Below, one piece after another: positions 1 through 9,138 of a stretch of 64,000 nt of DNA. Below the pieces are notes generated by a model, which had not been told where the DNA came from, did not search any database, and was given only the letters and a program-made list of their open reading frames with translations. Source of the stretch: Thermoplasmata archaeon (GTDB taxonomy: Archaea > Thermoplasmatota > Thermoplasmata > Thermoplasmatales > GCA-001856825); the NCBI GenBank assembly GCA_021797915.1, contig JAJZYT010000004.1, positions 14,224 through 78,223 of the forward strand, in the 5' to 3' direction. The translations under genes were made by a program, and so were the position numbers. Positions within the stretch are counted from its first letter, which is position 1, and each line of letters begins with the position of its first letter.

Positions 1-2
1 AC

Positions 3-119
3 GTCCTTCCAAGGAGAGCAGGGGACGACTCAGGATTCCAGAAGTGGTGGTTCTCAAGGACACATAAGGCGACCAGAGAGGAATTAGAGAACCTTGCAAT
101 TAAGTTAATTGACAAATGA
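3..119 (+). CDS. 3' end of a CDS running in from the window edge (unknown product)
   Basis: Open frame VLPRRAGDDSGFQKWWFSRTHKATREELENLAIKLIDK* ending at TGA 117-119. Confidence 0.4.
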   Translation, partial: VLPRRAGDDSGFQKWWFSRTHKATREELENLAIKLIDK

Positions 120-273
120 ACTAATTTTCACCATCATTCCCGCAGAACCTCGCTTGGCAAGATTGGATGTTAGAGATTCCGTCAGCAACCTTTGAAGTGG
201 GAGGCTCCCTGCGACACCAAAGAGAGTGGGCCACTAAAAGCACCTGTTATATATTCATAAACCATAAGGAATC

Positions 274-1650
274 ATGGTCAGGAGAGAGAGGGATTCACTG
301 GGCGAGGTTGAGATTCCTGATGGGCGATTGTACGGACCAGAAACGGTTCGTGCACTCTCTAATTTCCCCTATCACAGATTTATGGATAGGAGGATTATAG
401 ATGCTCTAATTATAATCAAGAGATCGTACGTCAGGGCTTTTGCAAGTAAAGGAAAAATATCAAAGGAAGTTGAGGAAGCAATCACGAATGCAGCAGATGA
501 CCTCATTAAGAACAAGAACGATCTGGATTTTCCATTGAAGTACATCCAGGCCGGAGCCGGTACATCGACCAATATGAACGTCAACGAAGTAATCGCAAAC
601 AGGGCGCTGGAGATGTTAGGTAAACCACTTGGGAGCCACGACGTGATCAGCCCGCACAACCAGGTCAACATAGGGCAGTCAACAAATGACACCATACCTG
701 CAGCGATAAGAATTACGGCATACTTTGCCCTCAAGTCTTTGTCAGAATACGTGGAGAAGGCGGTGAACCAACTCGAACAGATGTCTAAAGAGAATTCGAA
801 GATGATAAAGATCGGAAGAACACACATACAGGATGCGTCTGCTGTGTCTTTTGGAGACGAATTTAAGTCCTATGCCGACCAATTGAGATCCTTCCTTGCG
901 GAGAAGGATTACATCCTAACCAGGCTGAAAAGGTTGAACCTAGGTGGAACAGCGGTTGGGACGGGAGCAAATCTTCCACCAGAGGTCAGGGAATTGGTGT
1001 ACAAGAACCTGAATGAGTATTACAAGGAAGGCTTCGTTCCAGCAGAGAACCTCATGATGGTGATGCAATTCACTTCTGACTTTAACCTGCTTGCTTCCTG
1101 GATGAGTAATATTTCGGCTGCCCTGATCAAGATTTCAAGGGACCTCAGAATGATGAATTCAGGACCGGTTGCAGGGTTCAATGAAATTGTGCTGCCTGCT
1201 GTGCAGCCAGGATCCTCAATAATGCCAGGCAAGGTGAATCCAAGCATTCTAGAAGCTGTAACCATGAGCGCTCTATTCACAAGGGGACTTGCGCAGACAG
1301 TCAATGACGCATCCTCGCAAGGGGAGATGGAAATCAACGTGTTCACTCCAGTAATCTATACAGTTCTGATGGAAGCATTTGACATCCTGACAGTCACCTT
1401 CACAATTCTTGTGGAAAAGACCCTCAAGGGCATCAAGATTAATTCGGAACATGCTTACAATATGCTTCTGAACTCCCCCGGAACTGCCCTGTTGCTTAAC
1501 CCGGTGATCGGATACGAAAAGACAGCCGAAATCGTTAAAGAGGCAAAAGAGAGAAATGTTCCATTTCTCAAGCTTCTGCGGGAAAAGAAGATTTTATCTG
1601 AGGAGCAGATAAATAAAATATTTAGCCCAGACAATATGCTTAATAAGTGA
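274..1650 (+). CDS. aspA: aspartate ammonia-lyase (class II fumarase/aspartase family)
   Basis: QAGAGTSTNMNVNEVIAN (AspA-type rather than FumC QTGSGT), GRTHIQDA, GSSIMPGKVNP signature. Confidence 0.85.
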   Translation: MVRRERDSLGEVEIPDGRLYGPETVRALSNFPYHRFMDRRIIDALIIIKRSYVRAFASKGKISKEVEEAITNAADDLIKNKNDLDFPLKYIQAGAGTSTNMNVNEVIANRALEMLGKPLGSHDVISPHNQVNIGQSTNDTIPAAIRITAYFALKSLSEYVEKAVNQLEQMSKENSKMIKIGRTHIQDASAVSFGDEFKSYADQLRSFLAEKDYILTRLKRLNLGGTAVGTGANLPPEVRELVYKNLNEYYKEGFVPAENLMMVMQFTSDFNLLASWMSNISAALIKISRDLRMMNSGPVAGFNEIVLPAVQPGSSIMPGKVNPSILEAVTMSALFTRGLAQTVNDASSQGEMEINVFTPVIYTVLMEAFDILTVTFTILVEKTLKGIKINSEHAYNMLLNSPGTALLLNPVIGYEKTAEIVKEAKERNVPFLKLLREKKILSEEQINKIFSPDNMLNK

Positions 1651-1758
1651 ACAAAAAGGGACCAGGATTTTCACATGGTTCTATCTGTTCTATTAAAGCA
1701 GTCTCTTTTGAAAAAAATAAATACTCAGGATAAATCCGGTGATATATAAGAGGATTGC

Positions 1759-2337
1759 ATGTATTTCATAATTGAGACCAACGAAACCGTCAGGGTTCCG
1801 CCAGAGCATCTTGGCGAGGAATACGAGACCACAGCTAAGTCAATTGCAGTCAGGAATGTAGAGGGTAAAATAGGAGTTCTGGACCGTGAATTGGTCAGGA
1901 ATTCCAATGATAGAAAGTACATAAACCTCCTAGTTCTGGAATCCGATTTGGATGGCGAGGGAAGGATCGTTCACGGAGACGGTGGAGTTTACCAGGAAGT
2001 CAAACTTAAGATTCTTGCTTTCCAGCCGATGATGCAAGAAGTCATAGAGGGAGAAATAGCTGACGTCAAGAAATTCGGGGCCTTTGTGACCCTGGGACCT
2101 CTTGAAGGTCTCCTCCACGTTAGTCAAGTCATGGACGATAGGATTGAGGTCGACGAGGAAAACAAGAGGATGAGTGGAAAAGACACCAAGAGGGATCTCA
2201 AAATGGGAGATCTTGTCAGGGCAAGGATTGTCGCTTTGTCACTTTCTGATTCCAAACTGGAAGAAAGCAAGATAGGCCTCACTATGAGACAAAATTTCCT
2301 CGGAAAGTCCACGTGGCTAAAGGGTGAGGCGAAATGA
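1759..2337 (+). CDS. rpoE1: RNA polymerase subunit E' (Rpo7)
   Basis: GEGRIVHGDGGVY, S1 domain FGAFVTLGPLEGLLHVSQ, KIGLTMRQ; conserved operon context. Confidence 0.95.
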   Translation: MYFIIETNETVRVPPEHLGEEYETTAKSIAVRNVEGKIGVLDRELVRNSNDRKYINLLVLESDLDGEGRIVHGDGGVYQEVKLKILAFQPMMQEVIEGEIADVKKFGAFVTLGPLEGLLHVSQVMDDRIEVDEENKRMSGKDTKRDLKMGDLVRARIVALSLSDSKLEESKIGLTMRQNFLGKSTWLKGEAK

Positions 2338-2519
2338 TAAAACTCAGGGCCTGCAGAAACTGCAAGAACGTTACAGAGGAACTCAAGTGCGAAAAGTGCG
2401 GTGGGGACACTGTTCTCGAATGGAAAGGCTACATATTTATTCTGGACCCTAACAAGTCCCTCATAGCGAAGAGAACCGGGATCACGGTTCCTGGCGAGTA
2501 TGCAATTAAAGTTAGATAA
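2334..2519 (+). CDS. spt4: transcription elongation factor Spt4 (RpoE'')
   Basis: ACRNC..CEKCG zinc ribbon, WKGYIFILDP, PGEYAIKVR; ATGA overlap with rpoE1. Confidence 0.95.
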   Translation: MIKLRACRNCKNVTEELKCEKCGGDTVLEWKGYIFILDPNKSLIAKRTGITVPGEYAIKVR

Positions 2520-3009
2520 AGACGTAGTGATATCAGATGAATATCGGGAAATATTCTCCAGGTCTCCCGACGTCCTAATAACCAAGGAATCTCAGGTCGA
2601 ATTTTTTGCGTCCAAGATCCTGATCACGGTAGGGGATGTGGTCACTGCAACCGCAATCCGATACAAGATCGTTCCCAAGCTCTCCATCGTCGATTTCAAG
2701 ACAAAGAGAAACGAACAAATTCCAAGCCTCCCCGGCAGGTGGGACCGGAAGGTTAGTGTGAAGAATGCTCCTGGAGTAATTTCTGTTGAACTGTGGACCG
2801 CGATAGAAGGCGCCTATAAGTCAAGGGGAAATACCCTGATCGAGGTGGAGGGAGAAGAGGACCTTGCTTCTATTCCTGCCATCCTGATGGCTCCGGACGG
2901 TGCGATAGTTATTTATGGCGTTCCCGATAAGGGGATAGCAGTCTACGAGGTCGGAGAGACCCTAAGACAGCTAGTAAACAAGAACATGGAAAAGCTAAGG
3001 GGATTGTGA
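2500..3009 (+). CDS. GTP-dependent dephospho-CoA kinase (DUF359)
   Basis: ITVGDVVT, VDFKTKR, VEGEEDL, IYGVP motifs; usual position after spt4. Confidence 0.85.
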   Translation: MQLKLDKDVVISDEYREIFSRSPDVLITKESQVEFFASKILITVGDVVTATAIRYKIVPKLSIVDFKTKRNEQIPSLPGRWDRKVSVKNAPGVISVELWTAIEGAYKSRGNTLIEVEGEEDLASIPAILMAPDGAIVIYGVPDKGIAVYEVGETLRQLVNKNMEKLRGL

Positions 3010-3321
3010 ATGAAGATAGAGATAGAAAGTAGAGAAGAAAACAAGCTACTGAATAGGATAGAGGTCAAGTATAAGGCCCTACACGCGAAGGAAAAGACAC
3101 CAACCAGGGAGGAAGCGAGAGCTCAGATCGCCGCGAATCTCCAGGTGGCAAAGGAACTCGTCATTATAGATTATCAAAAGTCAAAATTTGGGAAGAGTTT
3201 CACTGAGGGTTATGCAAAGATCTACAAGTCGAAGGAAGACGCGATGGCGTTGGAACCCGATTTCTTGCTTATTAGAAACGGTCTGAAATCAAAGGAAGGA
3301 GAACAGAATGCAAAAGCGTGA
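3010..3321 (+). CDS. rps24e: 30S ribosomal protein S24e
   Basis: [24 protein letters not shown]. Confidence 0.95.
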   Translation: MKIEIESREENKLLNRIEVKYKALHAKEKTPTREEARAQIAANLQVAKELVIIDYQKSKFGKSFTEGYAKIYKSKEDAMALEPDFLLIRNGLKSKEGEQNAKA

Positions 3322-3466
3322 GATGTACAAAGTGGAAGATGGAAAACTCGTGCGAAAAGGAAAATTCTGTCCCAAGTGCGGTCCGGGAGTTTTCTTAGCA
3401 CAACACGAAGACCGACTAACCTGCGGTCGATGTGGATACTCTGAGCAGACGACAAAAGAGCAATAA
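3308..3466 (+). CDS. rps27ae: 30S ribosomal protein S27ae (52 aa, below the ORF-track cutoff)
   Basis: Translated by hand: [52 protein letters not shown]; overlaps the end of rps24e. Confidence 0.95.
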   Translation: MQKREMYKVEDGKLVRKGKFCPKCGPGVFLAQHEDRLTCGRCGYSEQTTKEQ

Positions 3467-3503
3467 GGTAAGCTTTACATAAAATCAAATTCAGCCCAGA
3501 TTT

Positions 3504-3680
3504 TTGAAAGAGTCGAAGGTAGTCTGACATCCTCTCCATCCGAAGGATTGGAGGTTCCTGATTCAAAGAGTGGCAACTCGTAGACCTCCTTTTGAGAGTT
3601 CCGCCGCCGTAGCACTTTCCACAGGCGTTAATTCGGGAATGCCCTTCCCTACTTTTATCAGTCCGATGTTGCGAATGTTT
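3504..3680 (-). ncRNA. putative TnpB omega-RNA (scaffold overlapping the tnpB 3' end plus flanking guide); 5' boundary approximate
   Basis: Established IS200/IS605 architecture; right-end hairpin then flank ACTACCTTCGACTCTTTCAA. Confidence 0.6.
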
Positions 3681-4816
3681 ATTGCAGCATTAAGGTCCCT
3701 GTCCATAGTTAGACCACACGCATCGCAGTGATATACCCTATCGGACAGTTTCAGTTCATGTTTCGTATTCCCGCACCTTGAACAGATCTTTGACGAGGGG
3801 TCGAACCTGCCTATCTCCACTATCTCTGCATCTCTCCATTGAAGTTTGTATTCGATCATCTTCCTGAACTGGTACCATCCCTGGTCTGCTATGCTCTTTG
3901 CGGGATGATGATTCCGCTGCATGCCCTGTACGTTCAAATCTTCGATCACAACTGTACCGTAATGTTTGGCTATCGCAGTTGATACCTTGTGGCCGAAATC
4001 AGTTCTCATGTCCCTTATCTTTTGGTGTATCTTCTGTACCCTGACTATCTGCCTATTCCTGTTCTCCGATCCCTTTACCTTTCTTGAAAGCTTCTTCTGC
4101 TGCCTCTTCAGCCTTTTCTCCCTCTTCCTCAGTGCATTCAGCGGTTCTATCTTCAGTCCGTCGGACGTTGTCAGGAAAGATTTGATACCTATGTCTATGC
4201 CTATAATTCCTCTGCCTTTATGCGTTTCATCATCCGATTCATAGTGTATTGAAGCAAAATATCTATCGACGTCTCTTGCCACAACAATCTGCTTTATGTT
4301 CTCAGGGATTGGCGATCCATCCCTGTATCCTATCCCTTCGGTGAACTTGGGAATGATAAGCTTTTTCCCGTCCTTTTTGAATCCAGATGAGACGATGAAA
4401 TACTGGTTGTCCTTCTTCGATCTGAAATTTGGATAATCTGTATTCTTCTTGAAGAATGATCTGAATGCCTTATCCAGTTCAACCAGGGAATGCTGAAGGC
4501 TCTGCGAGTTGATCTCATTTAGCCACACTTTCTCTTTCTTCAGAGATGTGAGCATCTTCATGGTATCGAAGACGGTCAATCCTTTCTTCCTGTCTTTCCT
4601 ATGTTCTGCATAGTATTTGTTCCTGATGTCGAGGAAATGGTTGTACACAAATCTGCAAGACCCAAAGTGCTTTTCAAGAAGAATCTTTTGACTTTCGTCT
4701 GGATACAATCTTACCTTGAGTGCCTTGATCACTGCTTACATAACCCATCCATTCCTTATAAATAATTCGCAATTCATCCACATCGCAAGCTCAGTGGCTT
4801 TCTTGCTTAGATATTT
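3524..4816 (-). mobile_element. IS200/IS605-family (IS1341-type, tnpB only) element
   Basis: Minus strand: left end TTAC|aaatatctaagcaagAAAGccactgagcttgcgatgtgg, right end GAACctccaatccttcggatggagaggatgTCAG|; subterminal hairpins present, no tnpA. Confidence 0.85.
3563..4732 (-). CDS. tnpB: RNA-guided endonuclease TnpB (intact)
   Basis: N-terminal KALKVRLYP..HFGSCRFVYN; RuvC GIDIG / VIEDL / DRDLNAAINI; zinc finger CSRCG..CDACG. Confidence 0.95.
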   Translation of the reverse strand: MIKALKVRLYPDESQKILLEKHFGSCRFVYNHFLDIRNKYYAEHRKDRKKGLTVFDTMKMLTSLKKEKVWLNEINSQSLQHSLVELDKAFRSFFKKNTDYPNFRSKKDNQYFIVSSGFKKDGKKLIIPKFTEGIGYRDGSPIPENIKQIVVARDVDRYFASIHYESDDETHKGRGIIGIDIGIKSFLTTSDGLKIEPLNALRKREKRLKRQQKKLSRKVKGSENRNRQIVRVQKIHQKIRDMRTDFGHKVSTAIAKHYGTVVIEDLNVQGMQRNHHPAKSIADQGWYQFRKMIEYKLQWRDAEIVEIGRFDPSSKICSRCGNTKHELKLSDRVYHCDACGLTMDRDLNAAINIRNIGLIKVGKGIPELTPVESATAAELSKGGLRVATL

Positions 4817-4903
4817 GTAAGCTTTATTTAAGATTAATTGCAAATTAAGTTAGCGGCTCAAGGAAAAGCTTAAAAACGCGTAATTTTTTAACTCTCGGTA
4901 ATT

Positions 4904-5644
4904 ATGCTTCAGATTAAAGTCGATGCCAAGACTATAAGAGAATTTTCGAATATAATTCTGACACTCGTTCAAGAAGCGAGAGTAGATTTCAAACCGGACG
5001 GAATATCCGCAAAAGTTATGGATCCAGCAAGAGTTGCAATGATTTCAGTAGAAGTAAAGAGGGAGGCGTTTCAAGAGTTTGACGTCAACGGAGAAGACAG
5101 CCTTGGCCTCGACATAGAGAAGATGAGAAACTTTCTGAAGCTGACTGCCCCAACAGAGATCATAGATTTCAAGTATGATGGCAAGAAGATTTCGATGAAG
5201 CTAGGAAATCTATCGGCGGGAATTCCCATAATAGACCCGTCTGCCTTGACGACGCCTAAGATTCCAACAATAGAACCACCGGACAAGGTGGTCACTGACC
5301 TCGACCTACTAGCTCAGGGAATAAAGGCAGCCGAAGGAATATCCGAGGTTGTAACATTCAACATCAAGAGCGATGAACTAAAGATCTACGCCAAAGGCGA
5401 GACCGACTCAGAGACAACAGAAATGACAATTCCCAAGAGTCTAGCCAAGGAATTCATTTTCAGTTCTGACTCCAGAAGCTCGTTTGCACTGGAATATTTG
5501 ACTAAGTTCCTTAGAGCGCTTGAGAGCACGCAGGAAGTGTCAATAGCAATTGGGAACGATTATCCTCTCAGAATGGAGGCTCCAATAATGAATGGGAAGG
5601 GTAAAGTGACTTTCCTCATAGCGCCTAGGATCGAGAATGTCTGA
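4904..5644 (+). CDS. pcn: DNA polymerase sliding clamp PCNA
   Basis: MDPARVAMI, FALEYL, GNDYPLRME, FLIAPRIE. Confidence 0.95.
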   Translation: MLQIKVDAKTIREFSNIILTLVQEARVDFKPDGISAKVMDPARVAMISVEVKREAFQEFDVNGEDSLGLDIEKMRNFLKLTAPTEIIDFKYDGKKISMKLGNLSAGIPIIDPSALTTPKIPTIEPPDKVVTDLDLLAQGIKAAEGISEVVTFNIKSDELKIYAKGETDSETTEMTIPKSLAKEFIFSSDSRSSFALEYLTKFLRALESTQEVSIAIGNDYPLRMEAPIMNGKGKVTFLIAPRIENV

Positions 5645-6317
5645 ATGACTTGGTCCTAATTCCAGACCAGAATCTGAGCCTGATGAGAAAGAGGAGATTG
5701 GTAATTCCGTCCTTCCAGGGGCGAAGTTTCTTCTCTCCCATCCGCCTCGCATAATTAATTGAATGTTCCTTGTAACGGAAACTCGTGGCTGCCCTGATCT
5801 TAATCTCTTCTGAGAACTCCATACCCCATCCTCTCGGCTCGATAGACTTTAATATTTCTTTCTTAAAGACCCACATTCCAGACTGGCTGTCGTTTATGTT
5901 CACCATAAAGAGCACTTTGGTGAAAATGTTCAAGACCTTGTTTCCTATCAAGTGCTGAAGGCTCATAGCGTCCCTCGAGGAATTGGAAAGTCGCTCTCCT
6001 GAAACAAAATCATAACCGTTCTTCAAGTATTCGCTCATGTGTGCGATTTCATTCGGCGGGTAAGTGCCGTCGGCATCAAGCGTTGCTATGATATCACCGG
6101 TAGCAATCGAAAAACCCTTCCTGTAGGCTTTTCCGTAACCCAGCTCGCTCTCATTGACAACTATAGCACCTAAGGAACCGGCAATTTCAGCAGTCTTGTC
6201 CTTCGAGTCCGAATCCACAACAATTATTTCACCTTCTTTGTCCACCGCTCTTATGGCATTGATGACCTTACCTATACTGTCCTCTTCATTGAGAGCTGGA
6301 ATTATGTATGAGATCAA
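5625..6317 (-). CDS. GT2 glycosyltransferase (polyprenol-phosphate glycosyltransferase-like)
   Basis: IIPALNEE, VVDSDSKDKT, GYGKA, LDADGTY, DSQSGM. Confidence 0.9.
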   Translation of the reverse strand: MISYIIPALNEEDSIGKVINAIRAVDKEGEIIVVDSDSKDKTAEIAGSLGAIVVNESELGYGKAYRKGFSIATGDIIATLDADGTYPPNEIAHMSEYLKNGYDFVSGERLSNSSRDAMSLQHLIGNKVLNIFTKVLFMVNINDSQSGMWVFKKEILKSIEPRGWGMEFSEEIKIRAATSFRYKEHSINYARRMGEKKLRPWKDGITNLLFLIRLRFWSGIRTKSFRHSRS

Positions 6318-7063
6318 TTTGAGCCCCCAAACATATATCCAAGCATTCCAAATGCAAGCCTTGAAGTTTCTATGAGAGGATGCTTTTTCAAATTTGTTTT
6401 GTTAAAGTTGCTCTTGAGTCCGTATTTCTTCAAAATCAGTCGTCTGCCAATTCCATCACCGTAGCTCTGTCTGAGTAGGGACGAATAGGTCTCTCTTGGG
6501 TGATGGGAAACGATCAAGTTTTCGTCATAGAAGATCTCGAATCCACCGTTAATAGCACGAATATTCAGGTCGATGTCTTCAGCGGTGTTAAAGGCTTCAT
6601 CGAAAGTGCCTATCTTTTCAATCACAGCTCGGCTGTACATGAGATTGTTGGAAGGGAAAGTAACGTCCTTTCCCATATAGAACATCGGTATCCTGTCAAG
6701 GTCAGACCACTTCGAGTTAGGCGCCTGCACGATTCTGCCGGCAACAATATCTCTGTTCACGCTCCTTTTGAGCGTGGCCGCCCAGTTATTTGTAATTTCT
6801 GTGTCAGAGTCTAGGAATAGGAATTTATTCCCTTTAGCCAGCCTAATACATTCATTCCTTCCTATAGCTCTATTCCCTTTTTTCCTTCCTAGGACGAGAT
6901 TTATGTCTTTGCTTTCAGACTGGAGATACTCAAAAGTCCCATCAGTGGAGTTAGCGTCAACAACCACTATCTCGAAGCCCTCATCAAGGGATTTGAGCGT
7001 AGAGATGAGTAGTTTCATGTTTTCGAGATCATTTTTGACTGTAATGAGAATTGATATCTCCAT
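6314..7063 (-). CDS. GT2 glycosyltransferase
   Basis: VVDANSTDGT, GRN, FLDSD, GTFDEAF..AEDIDL. Confidence 0.9.
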   Translation of the reverse strand: MEISILITVKNDLENMKLLISTLKSLDEGFEIVVVDANSTDGTFEYLQSESKDINLVLGRKKGNRAIGRNECIRLAKGNKFLFLDSDTEITNNWAATLKRSVNRDIVAGRIVQAPNSKWSDLDRIPMFYMGKDVTFPSNNLMYSRAVIEKIGTFDEAFNTAEDIDLNIRAINGGFEIFYDENLIVSHHPRETYSSLLRQSYGDGIGRRLILKKYGLKSNFNKTNLKKHPLIETSRLAFGMLGYMFGGSN

Positions 7064-7136
7064 CTATTCCTAAACATAATAAGAAATAAAAGTTTATTTT
7101 CAGACCAGCTTAATTACTTTGTATTTATGAGGTTAA

Positions 7137-8012
7137 GTGGAAACCACTCTCGACGATGAATTCGTTATCCAGATGGACGACACACCCCCATTTAGCTGGA
7201 TTAGTCAAACTCCTAACCGTTTTATGACTTGTAACATCGGAAGAAAGCTGGACTCGATTGCGATTAGCGCTATCGGAACACCCTTAATTTTTGCAGAAAT
7301 GGCCAGAGACATTATCGGAGGCGAAAGAATCAAGGTCAGGCACTCTTTTTCACTTTCTCCAGACGAGACGAATTGTTTAATCACTTATAGCGGTCAGGTC
7401 AGGGAAGCCATCACCGCTCTTAAAGACACAAACAATAAGGGCATAGTCATCTCCTCAGGTGGTGCGATCAAATTGGTTGCTAGATCGAAGGGGTGGGATT
7501 ATATCCCTCTTCCTAAAGGATACGCTGCAAGATTCCTTTTACCCGAAATACTGGGGTGCATGCTGACCCTCTTTGGATACGACCTCGAAAGCACAGACCT
7601 GGAATCATTTCTAGAACAAAATGCACCGTCGGAAATTACGAGTGAAAATGTATCAAAGCAAATTGCTCTAAGACTCTTAGGGCGTTCCATAGTTATATTC
7701 CACGATGAGTTTTCTGCCGGTCTCGCAAACTACTTCCTTACTAGCTTTAAAACAAATGCTGGTCTGGAGGCCAATATAGTAAGTGTAGCAGGAGTGAAGG
7801 AATACAGTTCCAAAGCGGATGCAAATACAGCCGCAATTTCATTTTCAAGACAAAGTTCCCCCAAAGATGCCTTAAATATAGGAGGTTTCCCTTATGACTG
7901 TAGTACTGCAGATGGCTACGTTAAGAATGCTGTGATCGCACAAATGTCGTCGCTCTATCTGGGGCTGTTGAGAGCGCACGAGATAGAACTTTTGGACAAA
8001 ATTATTGAATAA
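7137..8012 (+). CDS. SIS-domain protein, divergent homolog of bifunctional phosphoglucose/phosphomannose isomerase
   Basis: TYSGQVREA resembles SYSGNTEET, ISSGG, YIPLPKGYAAR, NVSKQIA; GMGGS and catalytic motifs not recognisable. Confidence 0.55.
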   Translation: METTLDDEFVIQMDDTPPFSWISQTPNRFMTCNIGRKLDSIAISAIGTPLIFAEMARDIIGGERIKVRHSFSLSPDETNCLITYSGQVREAITALKDTNNKGIVISSGGAIKLVARSKGWDYIPLPKGYAARFLLPEILGCMLTLFGYDLESTDLESFLEQNAPSEITSENVSKQIALRLLGRSIVIFHDEFSAGLANYFLTSFKTNAGLEANIVSVAGVKEYSSKADANTAAISFSRQSSPKDALNIGGFPYDCSTADGYVKNAVIAQMSSLYLGLLRAHEIELLDKIIE

Positions 8013-8079
8013 TGGAAAAATTTCACATCTAACTTTAAACATTTAAAATTTATATCAAAGGAAAGAATCGTGTTACGTA

Positions 8080-8433
8080 ATGTCGGCAGAAGAGTTGAAT
8101 GGAATCCTTCAGGAATATTCCAAGAAACCCTATGTCGAGAGCACATTTGTGATGACTAACATTGGCATTCCCATTGCCAGTACTTTCACGGACAAAACAG
8201 ATTTTGAATCTCTCGCGCCGCTCGTTAGCATTACATACGAGGGAGCACACGAGTTAGCGAAAGGATCAGGACATAGTTTCAAGCAACTGAACGTCGAGCT
8301 CAGCAACGGTAGCAGGATTGTGGTTAAGTCTCTGGGGAAAAGTTACATCCTGGCAGTACAGGTACATAAGTACAACGATAGAGTAAGAGACGAGATAGAT
8401 TTTCTTGGTGATAGAGTTTCTAAATATATTTAG
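8080..8433 (+). CDS. Roadblock/LC7 domain protein
   Basis: 117 aa; VMTNIGIPIAS, LAPLVS..GA, LNVE..NG..VV...G..YILAV pattern. Confidence 0.75.
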   Translation: MSAEELNGILQEYSKKPYVESTFVMTNIGIPIASTFTDKTDFESLAPLVSITYEGAHELAKGSGHSFKQLNVELSNGSRIVVKSLGKSYILAVQVHKYNDRVRDEIDFLGDRVSKYI

Positions 8434-8508
8434 ATCCCAAGAGCTAAAATTATGTGGGCTCTGTAATCATCCTCTCATTCAGTCTCCCACTCAATTGGAC
8501 ATCTTCAC

Positions 8509-9138
8509 TTAGATCTTCTTGAATCCGCGAGCGGAATAATCCTTGCCTAGTTTTACGTATAGTCTTAGTTGACCTAAAGAAGTTAGGTCATTTCCCTTCG
8601 TTCTTGCGTTCCCTGAGAGAATCCCCTTTCTCAACGATTCAGTGTCTGATGCATCCACTTCCATGTACACTTTACCTATTTCGCCGTAAAAGTGTGAGTC
8701 GCTACCCGCAGTGATCGGCCTTTTCAACTCTGCAGCAAGATTCTGCCCTTTAGTGTTGCATTTCAACTTACATCGGCCATTTTTTGTTTCCAAGGCATCA
8801 TAGACGTTCCTAAACTTTGCACCAATGCCGTTTACACTTCTGAATGGATGTGCGCATATTGCGATTCCATTCTTATCGTGGATAGCATCGACCGTTTCTT
8901 CCTGAGACAACCCGGAAGGAATCTCTCCATCAATAAAAAGGGCAAGGATGTGTCCATCTTCAGACGAAACTTCTTCCCCATTTATTAGTAGGAAGTCCAA
9001 TTTGTGTTCAACAAACCTATTATGGTCTGAAATCGCAATGAAATCCAGGCCCTTGCTCTTTGCAGTCTTAACAATCTGGTCTGGTTCGAGTTTCGAGTCC
9101 GGGGAGTACTTTGAATGGATGTGTACATCTCCTCTCAT
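8509..9138 (-). CDS. PHP-domain metal-dependent phosphoesterase
   Basis: DVHIHS, ISDHN, GEEVS, AHPF, GSDSH. Confidence 0.9.
   Translation of the reverse strand: MRGDVHIHSKYSPDSKLEPDQIVKTAKSKGLDFIAISDHNRFVEHKLDFLLINGEEVSSEDGHILALFIDGEIPSGLSQEETVDAIHDKNGIAICAHPFRSVNGIGAKFRNVYDALETKNGRCKLKCNTKGQNLAAELKRPITAGSDSHFYGEIGKVYMEVDASDTESLRKGILSGNARTKGNDLTSLGQLRLYVKLGKDYSARGFKKI

Noticed and set aside
170-220. GAAGTGGGAGGCTCCCTGCGAC, similar to half of the second element's left end
   Set aside because: Hairpin partner and right end missing; too degenerate to call a MITE
3222-3242. Partial match of the first TnpB guide inside rps24e (AGTCGAAGG)
   Set aside because: Only about 9 contiguous nt, seed mismatches and no adjacent TTAC; no evidence for self-targeting or regulation
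3468-4826. GTAAGCTTTA repeated at 3468 and 4817, resembling a target-site duplication
   Set aside because: IS200/IS605 elements make no TSD and the first copy lies about 46 nt outside the inferred right end; probably chance
8434-8508. Possible C/D-box sRNA (GTGAAGA..CTGA..ATGA) on the minus strand
   Set aside because: Box spacing does not fit the archaeal two-guide layout and there is no good terminal D box
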